A stretch of DNA of 64,000 nt from Octopus vulgaris (Eukaryota): positions 80,476,001 through 80,540,000 of the forward strand of contig OX597823.1 of assembly GCA_951406725.2 (NCBI GenBank), read 5' to 3'. A program made the position numbers and the translations under genes. Numbering within the stretch: position 1 is the stretch's first letter; each line of letters starts with the position of its first letter. Of the stretch, positions 12,591-24,718 are shown piece after piece. The notes under the pieces are model-generated. The model searched no databases, had not been told where the DNA came from, and saw only the letters and a program-made list of their open reading frames with translations.

Positions 12591-12975
12591 CTTGGAAGCA
12601 CTCCGTCGGTTACGACGACGAGGGTTCCGGTTGATCCGAATCAACGGAACAGCCTGCTCGTGAAATTAACGTGTAAGTGGCTGAGCACTCCACAGACACG
12701 TGTACCCTTAACGTAGTTCTCGGGTATATTCAGCGTGACACAGAGAGTGACAAGGCCGGCCCTTTGAAATACAGGTACAACAGAAACAGGAAGTAAGAGT
12801 GAGAGAAAGTTGTGGTGAAAGAGTACAGCAGGGATCACCACCATCCTCTGCCGGAGCCTCGTGGAGCTTTAGGTGTTTTCGCTCAATAAACACTCACAAC
12901 GCCCGGTCTGGGAATCGAAACCGCGATCCTATGACCGCGAGTCCGCTGCCCTAACCACTGGGCCATTGCCCTCCA
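12591..12975 (-). mobile_element. SINE family C (tRNA head, tail type 1) nested in SINE A
   Basis: A box TGGCCCAGTGG, B box TTTCGATTCCC; TSD CCCATCGTAT at 12581-12590 and 12979-12988. The tail also occurs at 4700-4895, 5920-6080, 6390-6705, 16180-16330, 24400-24560. Confidence 0.88.
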
Positions 12976-13311
12976 TAACCCATCGTATATGTGGGTATGT
13001 GAAAGAAATTGTGAGTGTGTGCACGCATTTTTGTATGTGTGTGTATCTTTATCCATGTTATCCCCTTCCCTAACGGTTGACAACTGGTATTGGTTTGTTA
13101 ACGTCCCCGTAACATAGGGGTTCGGAAGATAGAATAAATTCCAGGCTTTCAAAATACTGGAATCAATTCGTTCGACTAAAAGCCTCGAAGCAGTGTCCCA
13201 ACATGTCCGCTGTCTTATGAATGAAACAAATAAAATACATTTTACAATAAGAAATCAGCTGCCCAGTGGATGTTAATATAAAGCTGAAGATCAGTGAAAA
13301 AGAGAACACCT

Positions 13312-13722
13312 CTCTTTTTCTCTTTTACTTGTTTCAGTCATTTGACTGCGGCCATGCTGGAGCACCGCCTTTAGTCGAGCAAATCGACCCCGGGACTTAT
13401 TCTTTGTAAGCCCAGTACTTATTCTATCGGTCTCTTTTGCCGAACCGCTAAGTGACGGGGACGTAAACTCACCAGCATCGGTTGTCAAGCAATGCTAGGG
13501 GGACGAACACAGACGCACAAACACACACACACACATATACATATATATACATATATACGACAGGCTTCTTTCAGTTTCCGTCTACCAAATCCACTCACAA
13601 GGCATTGGTCGGCCCGGGGCTATAGCAGAAGACACTTGCCCAAGATGCCACGCAGTGGGATTGAACCCGGAACCATGTGGTTGGTTAGCAAGCTACTTAC
13701 CACACAGCCACTCCTGCGCCTA
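13312..13722 (-). mobile_element. SINE family A, full length, with 94-bp flanking direct repeats
   Basis: 13218-13311 matches 13724-13817 with 2 mismatches. Confidence 0.92.
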
Positions 13723-13754
13723 TTGAATGAAACAAATAAAATACATTTTACAAT

Positions 13755-13968
13755 AAGAAATTAGCTGCCCAGTGGATGTTAACATAAAGCTGAAGATCAG
13801 TGAAAAAGAGAACACCTATGTTAAACTATTGAGAAATCTGCAGTTACTCTATCCAGATTACAAGTTCAGGTTTATACCTGTAATTATTGGGGCCCTAAAT
13901 ACCAATCTTGAAAAATTAGGCTTCTTAAAACCAGAAAGGAGAAAGCTAATTCAAAGACTACAGATTCA
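13755..13968 (+). mobile_element. Fragment of a non-LTR element with restriction-like endonuclease (R4/NeSL-type C-terminus)
   Basis: EISCPVDVNIKLKISEKENTY..L...L......FIPVIIGAL fits the RLE pattern E/D...P.D......EK..KY..L......PVIIGALG. Confidence 0.7.
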
Positions 13969-14560
13969 TTTGAATAAATTGTTGCATTTTGTGCTCCTGG
14001 TTTTTCTGTTTTTTCCTTTATCTACACGCACACGTATATTGGAAATCAAACCAGCTTTATCAATCAACCTCAACTCAACACCGTTAAAGAGGCATTTAGT
14101 CATTTTTCTGTATGTTCTGAGTCTACATACCACTTCGTTCATTTTGATTTCATTTTCGATGAAACAAATATTGGTTAAGTATTTGTGAGAAGATCTCGCC
14201 TCATACTGGTCTCCATCCTATGAACTGTCCAGCATTAGAGGCTTTACCAAGAGCCTGCGCTCTCCTGGCATAGCTCACGGGGTCATTGAGGTACACAAGC
14301 TACCTCATTGCAACAAGGATGGGGCCTTGTAGTGAAACATATGCTTTATTCACCACAGAATAGGATTATATTTTCTTAACTTTCGTCATTATGTACTAAG
14401 AACTCCAGAGACAGACACCAATACATTTCCTTACATAACGTGTTTTGTGATAAATGCTACAGAATAGACGTGGCTGCGACTCATTTTAATTCACTGATAG
14501 AACAATATAGCTTCAATAATGTACTGTAAAATATGTTCTTAAAAAAATATCGTAGATTTT

Positions 14561-14747
14561 ATTTTTAGAATTAAATGTAAAACTATTTTTAGACTTAAAT
14601 ATGAAACTTTTTATATTTAAATTTAAAACCATTTTAAAACATATGAAACTTTTTTAGATTTAAATTTGAAACTCTTTCTAAATTTAAATATGAAACATTT
14701 TTTAAATTTAAATAAAATTTCTTTTTTTAGATTTAAATGTGAAACTT
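14561..14747. repeat. AT-rich minisatellite, ~22-24-bp unit TTTTTAGATTTAAATATGAAAC, ~8 copies
   Basis: Direct reading. Confidence 0.75.
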
Positions 14748-16599
14748 ATCCCCTTCTCAAAGAGAAACTAAGCTGTTTTGAAATCATTTTTGGATGTAGT
14801 TCAATAAAAGATATATTCAAAGCAAAAGAAATAGGACGAATGCTACATGAATGAATGTTAAACAGCTAAGTCGTGCCACTTGAAAGAAATAGGAACGCAA
14901 AAGACGATTAGTCTATTTATTTTAAAACATCTTTCATTTAATGTAATTAGACAAAAATATCTTTATTGTCTTCTTGAGTAACAGCTTGAACAGTAACAGC
15001 TTAGCGAGAGTTGGGTAATCTTAGAAATTAACATCCATTATCTCTGCTAAATACAATCGTAACAAAAAAGAATATAAAAAACGGATTATCATTGTACTTA
15101 GATTAATTCAGACAAGAATCGGTAGAACAATGGACAAAAATTCCTGGCAGTATTTAGTCGCGTATTTTCATATTCAGAGTTCAAATACCACTGAAGTCGA
15201 TTTTGCATTTAATCCTTCTAGATTCGCTCAAATAAGTACCAGTCTACTTTGGATTCAAAGCCATCGCTTATAATGTTTTCCAAAATTGAAAACTTTAGAA
15301 ATAATAGGAGAGTATTGTAGTTCGCTTGAAGCATTGTGTATCGTTTGTAAAGATTAAAAGTTTTGAATGGTACAACAATGCACTATAATGCCTGTTGTAA
15401 ATTTAATCATCCATAGGTCTGATAATATTTCGGAATAAAATTCCTTCTTCAGATATTCTTAGATGGAGTCGCTGCGATAATTGGTTTTCCAACGGTTTTT
15501 TTGTTTTGTTTTTTGGAAGCGTCTCAGCAGTGGTTTCACGAAGCTCCTTCCGGAATTCCTCATGAGAAGCACATGAGGTCGGCCATGTCTCAATATCGTG
15601 TGTGCTGGTACATCTGTAGCGCTGCTTCTAAGTTATGTATTATACATGCAGCTTTCTTTTTTTCCCTTCTCTTCTTTTCCTCTTCTCTTTCTTCTTTTTT
15701 TTGTTGTTGTTATAAACAATAGATGAACATATTATCACAAATGAACCTACACGCATCCAGAAGAAGGAATTTTATTCCGAAATATTATCAAACTATGGAT
15801 AATTAAATTGCAACAGGTAAATAGCTCGTTGTTTGTATTATAGTGCATTCTAAACTTTTTATTCTTTTAGAAATAATATTTTGATTATTACATTAATCGT
15901 TGGAAACTATGCTTATTGTCACAGTGTTTTTAGGCATATTTACAAAATATGAATATACACAATATTTATATAAATATTTACAAAAGATGAATGAGACATC
16001 TCACCGATTCTGGCCGGCAAGTTAACGTTAACTTTGCCGATTTCCCCGTCTTATCGCTTACAACGATGGCCTATACTATCGTATGTTAACTACTTACAGC
16101 AAGATGGACTAAACTAATGTTTGCTAAATGCCTCAGTCGTGGACTGCACAAACTATAGTGACTCTAGAGATTTAACAGTAACTGGCACTCCGTCAGTTGC
16201 GACGACGAGTGTTCCAGTTGATCCGATCAACGGAACAGCCTGCTCGTGAAATTAACGTGCAAGTGGCTGTTGTTTACTCAACAGGCACACGTTTGCTTAA
16301 CGTAGTTCTCAGGGAGGTTCAACGTGATACATCATGAAGATAATTGTCTGTAGAAATCATACATAGTCAGTTTTTCAATTCAGTCGGAATTTGATTACAA
16401 CAGGAACAAAATGGTGTGACATGCTTCCAAAAAAATTCTCTTATTTGAAGATGAACTGAGGATCACAGTGGCAGTTGATTTTGCCGCGCTGGTCGGATAC
16501 AAAACTGTATCCTGCGTAAAACTAGACCAATCCAAGAAAAAGATTCGGTCAAGTATTACGTCATCACACGACCGGTTTAAGTTAGGAACATGCAGGCTG

Positions 16600-17160
16600 A
16601 GCCGATTTCCAACTATTTAGGCCCAAACGATGAAACATTTTATGACAACAGTCTCGTTACAAGGGTATTAATATCGATTTGTTTACGAAAGTTTTCAATC
16701 ATTAAGAGATTAAAATTTTAAGATATTGATAAAGAAAATTGTTACTATTGTGACCGAAAGAGTATGATCGAGAATATAAGTGACTGAAATAGGGTTCCTC
16801 CGAAGGATTTGGGGGGTAATATTACTAATAAGGTGCATAGGTAGGAAATTGGGAAGTTTCTCTTGGTTGAGCCGTTTCGCACTGAAAGGTCACAGCTCCG
16901 GTTTTCTGGATATGTGATTAGGACGTCGCAGGAAAGAATCGCAATACAGATTCTTCAAGCCAATCCAATTGGTCGGAGTCCTAGAAGCTAACCAAGAGTG
17001 AGATGGTTGGATAATATCCACGGTCTCACTCATTTGGTCGCGCTTGGGAATCAAACAGAAAAGTTAAATGACGATTGATTTTGATCGAATCCTATGGAAG
17101 AAATGAATGAGAACTCTATTCCCACGATTTTTCCAGGAATTGTGGACGATAAAAATAAAT
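16600..17160 (+). mobile_element. Decayed RTE-clade LINE 3' end
   Basis: Translates as ERSQLRFSGYVIRTSQERIAIQILQANPIGRSPRS*PRVRWLDNI, matching the RTE C-terminal pattern LRWFGHV.R...R.RGRP..RW.D. Confidence 0.75.
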
Positions 17161-17269
17161 AAATGGATCATTATTGTAGTTATACGACATGCATGATAAA
17201 GCATCGAGGTTTGTAATTCTCTGGCTAGAAATACACTAGATGGCGAAATCATACTGTAAAAGAATTAAG

Positions 17270-17980
17270 CCTCATCTAACTTCTTTTTTTTTAACCTTTC
17301 GAGACACATCCAGATCCTTTTTGAAAAGTGTCTTTAAAGGCAGATGGTTAGTTTCTGACAGAATCGCTTTCGTAAGACAAAGTGATGCCACCTTTCTACA
17401 CACTGTACAATTACATAAGCTTCCCCTTCAATGTTCAACCAATTCTGTTGTGATTGGGTAGAAGTGTGACTTATAAAAATTACAAGGTGTCCATCCCGGA
17501 ATAACACTCCAGGCATCTACAATATGTGTTCGTATTTTTCTCTTGCCTTTTGCTGCTGCAAAATTGGAGCTTCTATAAGATGAGTGATAAGTGTTTTAAA
17601 TACTTCTCCTGCTCTTTATCCAATTTGAATTCTTTAGATTTAAATTATATCTATGCCGCAATAAATCTTCTTTAATACTTTAAACCTGATATCTTTTTGA
17701 TGTCCTCTTTTGATTTCGAAGTGGCTACTCACACACACATACATAACGTTAGTTTCGCTACTAGCTCCTGAGATAAGAGAAGCCCCCTTTTCAGAAATAT
17801 ATTCTTTGTCAGAAACGTCAGACTTGTTTTTACTGTTGAGAGATAATTGTGCCTTAGTTAATCTAGCAACTATTACATTCTCTCTACTCACTAACTTGAT
17901 TAAGTGCTAGCATAGATAAGGGCACCGCCTCGATGCATTCTAGCTTCCTCTTCAATCACTTTTAGTAGTTTCCATTTATT
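17270..17980 (-). mobile_element. Decayed Ty3/Gypsy pol fragment (RNase H)
   Basis: LIEAPILQ...IVDA...GVLFRDGHLVIFISHTSTQSQQNWLNIEGEAYVIVQCVERWHHFVL...ETNHLPLKTLFKK across frameshifts, matching the Gypsy RNase H signature. Confidence 0.8.
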
Positions 17981-18109
17981 CTGAAAAACACCACTTGAAT
18001 CCTGAACACCTATTTGATTCTGTACTCTAAGTATAGGTCATTTGTTGTATTAATATCACAGATATGCTGTGTATCGTCAGATAAAGTTATTTGTTAATGT
18101 ACATGCTTT

Positions 18110-18734
18110 TGTAGGAAATGAGTTGGCACTGGATGGGTGCTTCACAATTCCATACATAGTTCATGGAAGGAAAAAGCGAGGACAAGGTCTCTCCGAACAA
18201 ATAACAATAATAGTTTATTTCACCTGAATACAAATTTCATCTCTGGACATCGGTAGCCTGGATGTCTTGGTGTGCGAGAAGCAGCAGGGTTGGTAGTTAG
18301 ACACAAAAATACGAAGGCATTTTCACAGACTCGCAACGTCGCTCGCCGTCAGAATTCCAGCTCTATGAAGCTGGTCTAAGTTGTGTCCTGTCTGGTCAGA
18401 AGCCGGGGCCGAAGAGAATGAATGGGTGGTCAAGCTTTGCTGCTGATGATGATTGCGCATAAAGGGCTTCCGTCAGATCTCCGGAAAGCTCTATTCTATG
18501 CGCATGCGTGGATGAATGTTGCACAATGGCGTCTAGAACAAGACGTCACTGTACTTTAAATGTAGCGTAGAGAAAAAAAATTTGCCTTTGTTATACCACG
18601 GAAACTTGAATCAATTGATGGTACAGGACATGAATATGTGTTACTATGTGCCAATATATGTATTTAAATGCCCCTTGTAATCATCCCACATACGAAGAGA
18701 CATCTCTCTCTCTCTCTTTCTTATCCAGACTACA
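18110..18734 (-). mobile_element. Candidate LTR beside the Gypsy remnant
   Basis: TGTAG...CTACA termini, internal promoter-like motif cluster, minus-strand AATAAA at 18214-18219. No clear PBS or TSD. Confidence 0.3.
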
Positions 18735-18884
18735 TGTAAAGCATGTCTGACTCTAAAGGAATCTGACAGTATAATAATGCTCATTATTTCTAATCTTTAC
18801 AACACATCGTTAACTTCCTAAAATGGAACTCGTGTGACTGAACAAATCACACTACAACTTGCAACATAACAGTTAATATAAATA

Positions 18885-19338
18885 CGAGGATGTGCTAAAA
18901 ACTTGCTAACTTTTAGCGTGTTGCGAAAGGCTTGGTTAGAGGCCTGACCTTCCGAGTTCTATTACAGGGCTTAGAAAGGATCTTTTCAACACTATTTCTA
19001 GTTAACTAAACACTTTTAAACTTCGTATACTGGTAGAATGTGTTTATAAAACATCATTTTTTCTTGGCTTTATTGAGAAAATTCTATAGTTTGTAACATA
19101 TTTCCACTTTAAAATCGAGCATTTCGGCAATTTTAACCAATCGCTCACCTCCATTTGGGATGAAAACATTCCGTGCTGTATGAATATGTTCCTCAAAAGG
19201 AAAAGATCCCATAGAAAAACTGAAGGATTACTGCAATAAGTGTGTGAATCTGAGAGGGGAATATGTTGAATAAAATCATAATTAACTGATCCTCATATTT
19301 TCATGTACCCAAAGTCAGGAATTTTTCAGCAGCCCTCG
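18885..19338. mobile_element. Mariner-type MITE (TA TSD) containing a nested insertion
   Basis: TIRs CGAGGATGTGCTAAAAACTT / AATTTTTCAGCAGCCCTCG, TA on both sides. An uninterrupted sister copy lies at 41248-41468. Confidence 0.75.
18978..19209. mobile_element. Nested MITE with GG-starting TIR and 8-bp TSD (Merlin-like)
   Basis: TIR GGATCTTTTC/GAAAAGATCC; flanks CTTAGAAA/CATAGAAA; related end at 62757-62850. Confidence 0.6.
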
Positions 19339-22299
19339 TACAAAACCATTCATTTCTGGTGAGGTATTCATTTTTTAATTAAAATATAATCAACTGTCTT
19401 TAATAATATTTTCTTCAATCAGTCCAAAAATGAAGCCCCCTGCGGGCAATAAAGAAATATATATTAGTCAAGTATTGGCTTCTTCCAGTTTTGTTTAAAA
19501 TGTTCCCCTTTGTTCATACTCGTCGCCTGTTATGTTAGACACTCATAATTTTTGAGAAATTTACTATGATAAAACAAAAGCCGCGAAGGAGAGTTTATCT
19601 TGTACGTCCTTCTAACTGTCTTTTGTTTTTCTTAATGTGAAGCTGCATTAATGGATAGAAGACATTTATTACCCAACTGATAAATCTCGCATGTGTAAGA
19701 ATATTCAAAACATAACTAATAATTTTATGAGGGCGTCGAGAACGCTTACACCTTATATATAAACACCTTAATTTTGTTACGCTGTCTGTATGGCTATTAT
19801 TTGATTGCTATTAAATTTAGCTGCGTGTTGTCCTATAATAAATCAATTATGAAAATTGTTGAAATAACATTTTTTATTATATCGAAGTAAATTACATAAT
19901 GACATCACCGCTTGCCAAGAGCATTATATAGTGCGTTGTTACCGAACGTATCTATAATTAAATAGTTAACAATAGAGATTAGCTTCGAATGAGAGGCGGG
20001 CATAACAATTGTCCTTCCTAGTTGAAGAATTCCTTTTAACACGGGGTTGAACTTCAGTCAAAGAAAACTTGTCGAAGTAAGGGCTTGTAGCTTGTGTGCT
20101 ATCGAAGTCTGCTGCTCTCTAATTTGCTCATACAACGACAAAAGCATGGAAACTTCACAGAACATTCAATAACGTAGGGTGATGTTTCTACAAGCCGATT
20201 AATCGGTAACCGGTGCACACCGCTTGACTCTAGTCTATGAGGTTTCCATTCTAGGCCTCGCTACAATTTTAAATTTGGAATTTTGAATCTGAGACAGGTT
20301 TCAGTACCGTGGCTTAATAACGTTTTGATCCTGTTAATCTCTACATTTTTTTTTCTTTTGCAATACAGAAACGCGGTAAGTTTAACATAGATAATCCTCT
20401 CCAAGATTTGAAATTCGCGAATGGGAAATATAATCCGGTGCTCTTTTGGTGTGCGATTTACAAGAGAGATTACTATAGGTTACTTTTTAAATTATTTTGT
20501 ACATACTTAGCATTGTAAATGTTGTTTTTTTTTTTAAATTCTTACTATTTTGATATAAAGAAAACCATATAATAATTAACATAAGCGCGTAGATCACCCA
20601 CCAAAGTAAATTTGCTCACGTAGATCAGACGGAAATTATCAATAACAAAAAGTAACCTCCCTTTAAATTGTAGAGCACATGGCAAAGTGGCACACTTCTT
20701 TTCTTAGGTAATTATGTGGATTTAGTGCTGGTTTCTTGTAAAAATGCAACTGTCTTCTAGCTTCTTGTAAAAATGTAATTGCCTTCGTCTCGTTGCTGTT
20801 CACTTTGTAACAATCTTTAGCCAACATCTTACCAGTTTTTAGAAATTGAAAAGTAAATTAAAGATTAACTTGAAGTAGTCTCCCTTGTAGATCACACGCC
20901 AAAGGAGCACCTATAACCCTCATCTTCTAGGAAGCATGATTAAGTTTTCCAGACTGATTTAAAGGAAGAAATATTGTCCTTGACACCAGGAAATATGTTT
21001 ATTCTCTTTTCTCCTACCAACTGGTGATAGCCCAGTGTTTCATCAAGCAGGAGATTGAGCTGTTATCTCCTTAGATGCAAGAGAATCCACATTTTTGCAG
21101 AAACAAGATTTGATCTTTTATCTTTCACTTGTGTTAGTCTTTGGACTGCGGCCATGAAGAAGCACCTTCTCGAAGGGTTTAGTAGAACAAATTCTTTAAA
21201 CCTGATATTTATTCTGTCTCTTTAATTATCTATACCCTATCCGTGAGGATTAGCAGCAATGTTACAAATCAATATCGTTATGGTTGACTGAGAATTAAGG
21301 GAATACTATGATTGATTGAAAAACAATAATTAAACATATTCTGTTGTGTCTGGGGAGAGTCATTTTCTTTTAGTGTCTTATAATGTAACACACTTACCGG
21401 TAAAATTTCCCCTTATTTCTTATTTTTATTTTCCTAAAATTTTCGTTGCATCTTGCAACCTTTTCAATAGTCTTGACACACGAACTCATATATAGAATCT
21501 TGTAAACCAAATCCAAAAACGAAAAAATAATTTTTGCTTTATATTAAAGCTCCATAAAATGAAGTCTAATTGTGATATGTGAACATTGAATAGATTATGC
21601 ACTGTCAGAAATTTTACAGAAAAGTAAAAAAAAACATTCATTATACATCAATAAACAGAAAAAATCCTGAACATCTGGATATTTGAGTGGTAAAGCAAAT
21701 ATCAGACATAAAAAAGCAAAAATAAAATAATATCGATTTTTATGTAGAGCACGTAGAAGACTTCCGATTTATAAGAGAGAATAAATGTAATTATACAATA
21801 CTCATGCCTCTCCTTATACCATTAGCACCTTAACTACACAAGTATGCACTCCCCACTAACTTTGCTGCTACTGCTGTTGTAATCCAGATTTAAAATGACA
21901 GAGGATCTTCTATGGATTCGAATCATACGAATTTCGCGTGAACAGTCTAAAAAAAACAACCAATCATTCAAAAGCTATACCTTGAACAGTATTTCGAATG
22001 TTCTTGAAATTCTCACCTTTTTCCCTAGTTAAGCAGTTTGCCGCCTACGTAACAGCAGGGTAGTGTTGGCAGTCAAGCGGGACAGATCTTCGCTTTCACA
22101 CAACAAACTAAGGGGAAAAAAACCCCATAACAATTTGCGATGAACTCATATCATTTGTCTTTCACCTTCCTGATAGCAAGAGGCCAAACATGCAGTTAAC
22201 TCAATTCTTACATACTATTCTTATAACCAGTGTAAGGTTGATAATTTATGCATGCATAACGTTCTCTTAAAATCTTCAGATTTCTTGAATATTCTCCCC

Positions 22300-22555
22300 T
22301 ATCAAAAAGAAATGGAAATTTTCTAGGACTTAGAGATCAAAGGAAGAATGCAACTGGCTGGTCAAGTTTTGTGGCAGCCAAATCATCGATGTGCAAAAAC
22401 CATATGGTGGAGGACACCAATAGGAGATCACAGAAAACAAAGATCTTTCGGGAAGATCTGAAGGCTCTTAACAGACGATGGGAAAACAGAGAAAAACTAT
22501 ATGCAACCAATCAAGAACACTGGAGGAGAACTTATGCAAACATAAGTGATTAATC
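22300..22555 (+). mobile_element. Decayed RTE-like 3' end
   Basis: IKGRMQLAGQVLWQPNHRCAKTIWW followed by an EDLK...W...EK...NQEHWR-like segment. Confidence 0.45.
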
Positions 22556-22659
22556 GAGGACATTTTTTTCCCATTGTCGTTCACAAGTTGAGCAACCACG
22601 TAGATGCTCCTCTATAAATGAAATAAAGCTCTTTTATAAACTCTGGTATTTCTTTCAAA

Positions 22660-22782
22660 ATTCGGTGACACACCTGAACTAAAATTATAGGGGAAAAACT
22701 TATATTCTAGTTACACAGCGGCATGCCTAGCATAGTCTCATGGCACACCAGTGTGCCATAGCATACCGGTTGCAGAGCACTT
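22660..22782. mobile_element. hAT/Charlie-like MITE end
   Basis: GGCACACCAGTGTGCC...CCGGTTGCAGAGCACT subterminal palindrome typical of Charlie-type ends. Confidence 0.4.
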
Positions 22783-24712
22783 CTCAAGAACACAACACAC
22801 AGCCCAGTTCAGGAATCAAACTTATAATCTCCTGATTGTAAGCTCTAACCACTGGGCCATGCACCTTCGCTCAAAAGGTATTTGTAGAAAATTTCATTAG
22901 GAAAAAAAACCCTCAGATTTTTAAATGTTATGAGGAAACAAAGTCTATTTGTGTGGATTATCTGAAACACCTCTCCAAAAAGTTTTTCACATTAAATTCC
23001 TATATAATCGGAATCTACACCACCTTAAAGCTTTTATAGAAAATTTCACTGAACAATATCCCTGAATATTAAGAGGAAACAAAGAGGAAGGGCACACTTC
23101 TGTAGGCATGCCCTAATATCAACACACTTCCCAAGTTTCTACTTTATATATTTCCCTAAACACCACAGAAATTATAAACTACACATTGAATGTATATCAC
23201 TTTGGCAATATTTCATTATCGTTAATACAGGAAGGCAATAAGACTTTTTACATTCAGTTTAGCACTTTTGATATGTATTTAGTAAGCCTGCATTGATATT
23301 CGATTACGTCTACAATATTATATAATATTTAGTAAGTATAAATATATATACCTCTCAAACCCTAACTTTCCTCTGCCCTATCTCACCCCCATAATACAAT
23401 AAACACACAGTATTCGTGTACAACACAAAAACACACGCAACTTCTGCACATAAACATATACTGTACACACCATAGGGTCACACACACGTGTACATACTAC
23501 TCAAGCAAGCACACATTAACTACTACATACACACCTGATAGCTTCACACATACACACACAATATAGGCTTGTACTATATACAACTTCACACACATATACA
23601 ATACATATCCTTTCGCACTCTCACACATATACACATGCATAAATACACAGAACACACATCACTTCACACTGGTTTACTTATACCCATACATGCTCCCATA
23701 CACACATACAGGTTCACATAATCTTAAGCTCACGCACACAGCGCTTGCGCACCCCATTTCACCCTTATTATCTCCCCTTCACTCAGCCTCTTTTTTCCTG
23801 TCATTTTGTTAAACCATTTATCCCAATATATTTTTTTCCTCTCATCCCTTTCTGCCGAAGAGCATAGGCTCGAATTGTCGAAGACTTTTCCATTCTTCCT
23901 GAGCATCAAACTAGTACGTCTGCTTATTGTTCCCTCACCTGTCTTCGTCTCGTTTTCTGTACATTTCAACTATATGTATTTCTTTTCTACTCTAGGCACA
24001 AGGCCCGAAATTTTTGTGGTGGGGGCTAGTCAATTAAATCAATCCCAGTACGCAACTGGTACTTAATTTATTGACCCTGAAAGGATGAAAGGCAAGGTGA
24101 ACCTTGACGGAATTTGAACTCAGAGCATAAAGATAGATGAAATACTACTAAGAATTTCTTCAGGCATGCTAACATTTCTGCTAGCTTACTGCCTTGAACT
24201 ATGTATTTCACAAATGCACGTGTGTATATGTGCAGGGATGGTTACAGTGTGGTTGAATGGTTAAGAAATTTGTTTCACAACCATGACATAACAGGTTCAA
24301 TTCCACTGTGTGAGACATTGGCCAAATATAATTTTCTGTTGCCTTGGGTCTATCTATAGCTTGTAAGTGAAATTGGAAACAGAATAGAAACCTGTAAGTC
24401 CTATTGTACCTGTAATTTGAAATACACAGCCTTGTCACGCTGGTTCTACCTGAGAATTACGTTAAAGGTACATGGGTGTCTATGGAATGCTCAACCACTT
24501 ACACGTTAATTCAAAAGCAGATAACCTCAGTTCTTTCATGGAACGATGGAGATTCACCACACCTCTGTTTGGTATTTCATACCGAGAAAGGCTAAAGAGC
24601 TAGAAACCTGTCTATATCTGTTTGGAGAAGAGAAAGTGGAGGAAATAAGAAAAAAATACTGTTCGTCAATTTTCAAAATAAATACACAAACAAAAGTAAA
24701 ATTATTATCCTT

Positions 24713-24718
24713 TTTATT
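24713..24718 (-). terminator. Candidate polyadenylation signal of the host gene
   Basis: AATAAA on the minus strand followed by the GU/U-rich tract ttttacttttgtttgtgtattt, at the end of a long strand-biased U-rich region. Confidence 0.35.

Noticed and set aside
13772-14188. 138-aa host gene
   Set aside because: The N-terminal half is an RLE-LINE fragment and the rest is non-coding read-through.
17640-17975. Host gene with stop codons rescued by A-to-I editing (METTKSD*RGS*...)
   Set aside because: Downstream sequence is frameshifted Gypsy RNase H; ordinary decay explains the stops.
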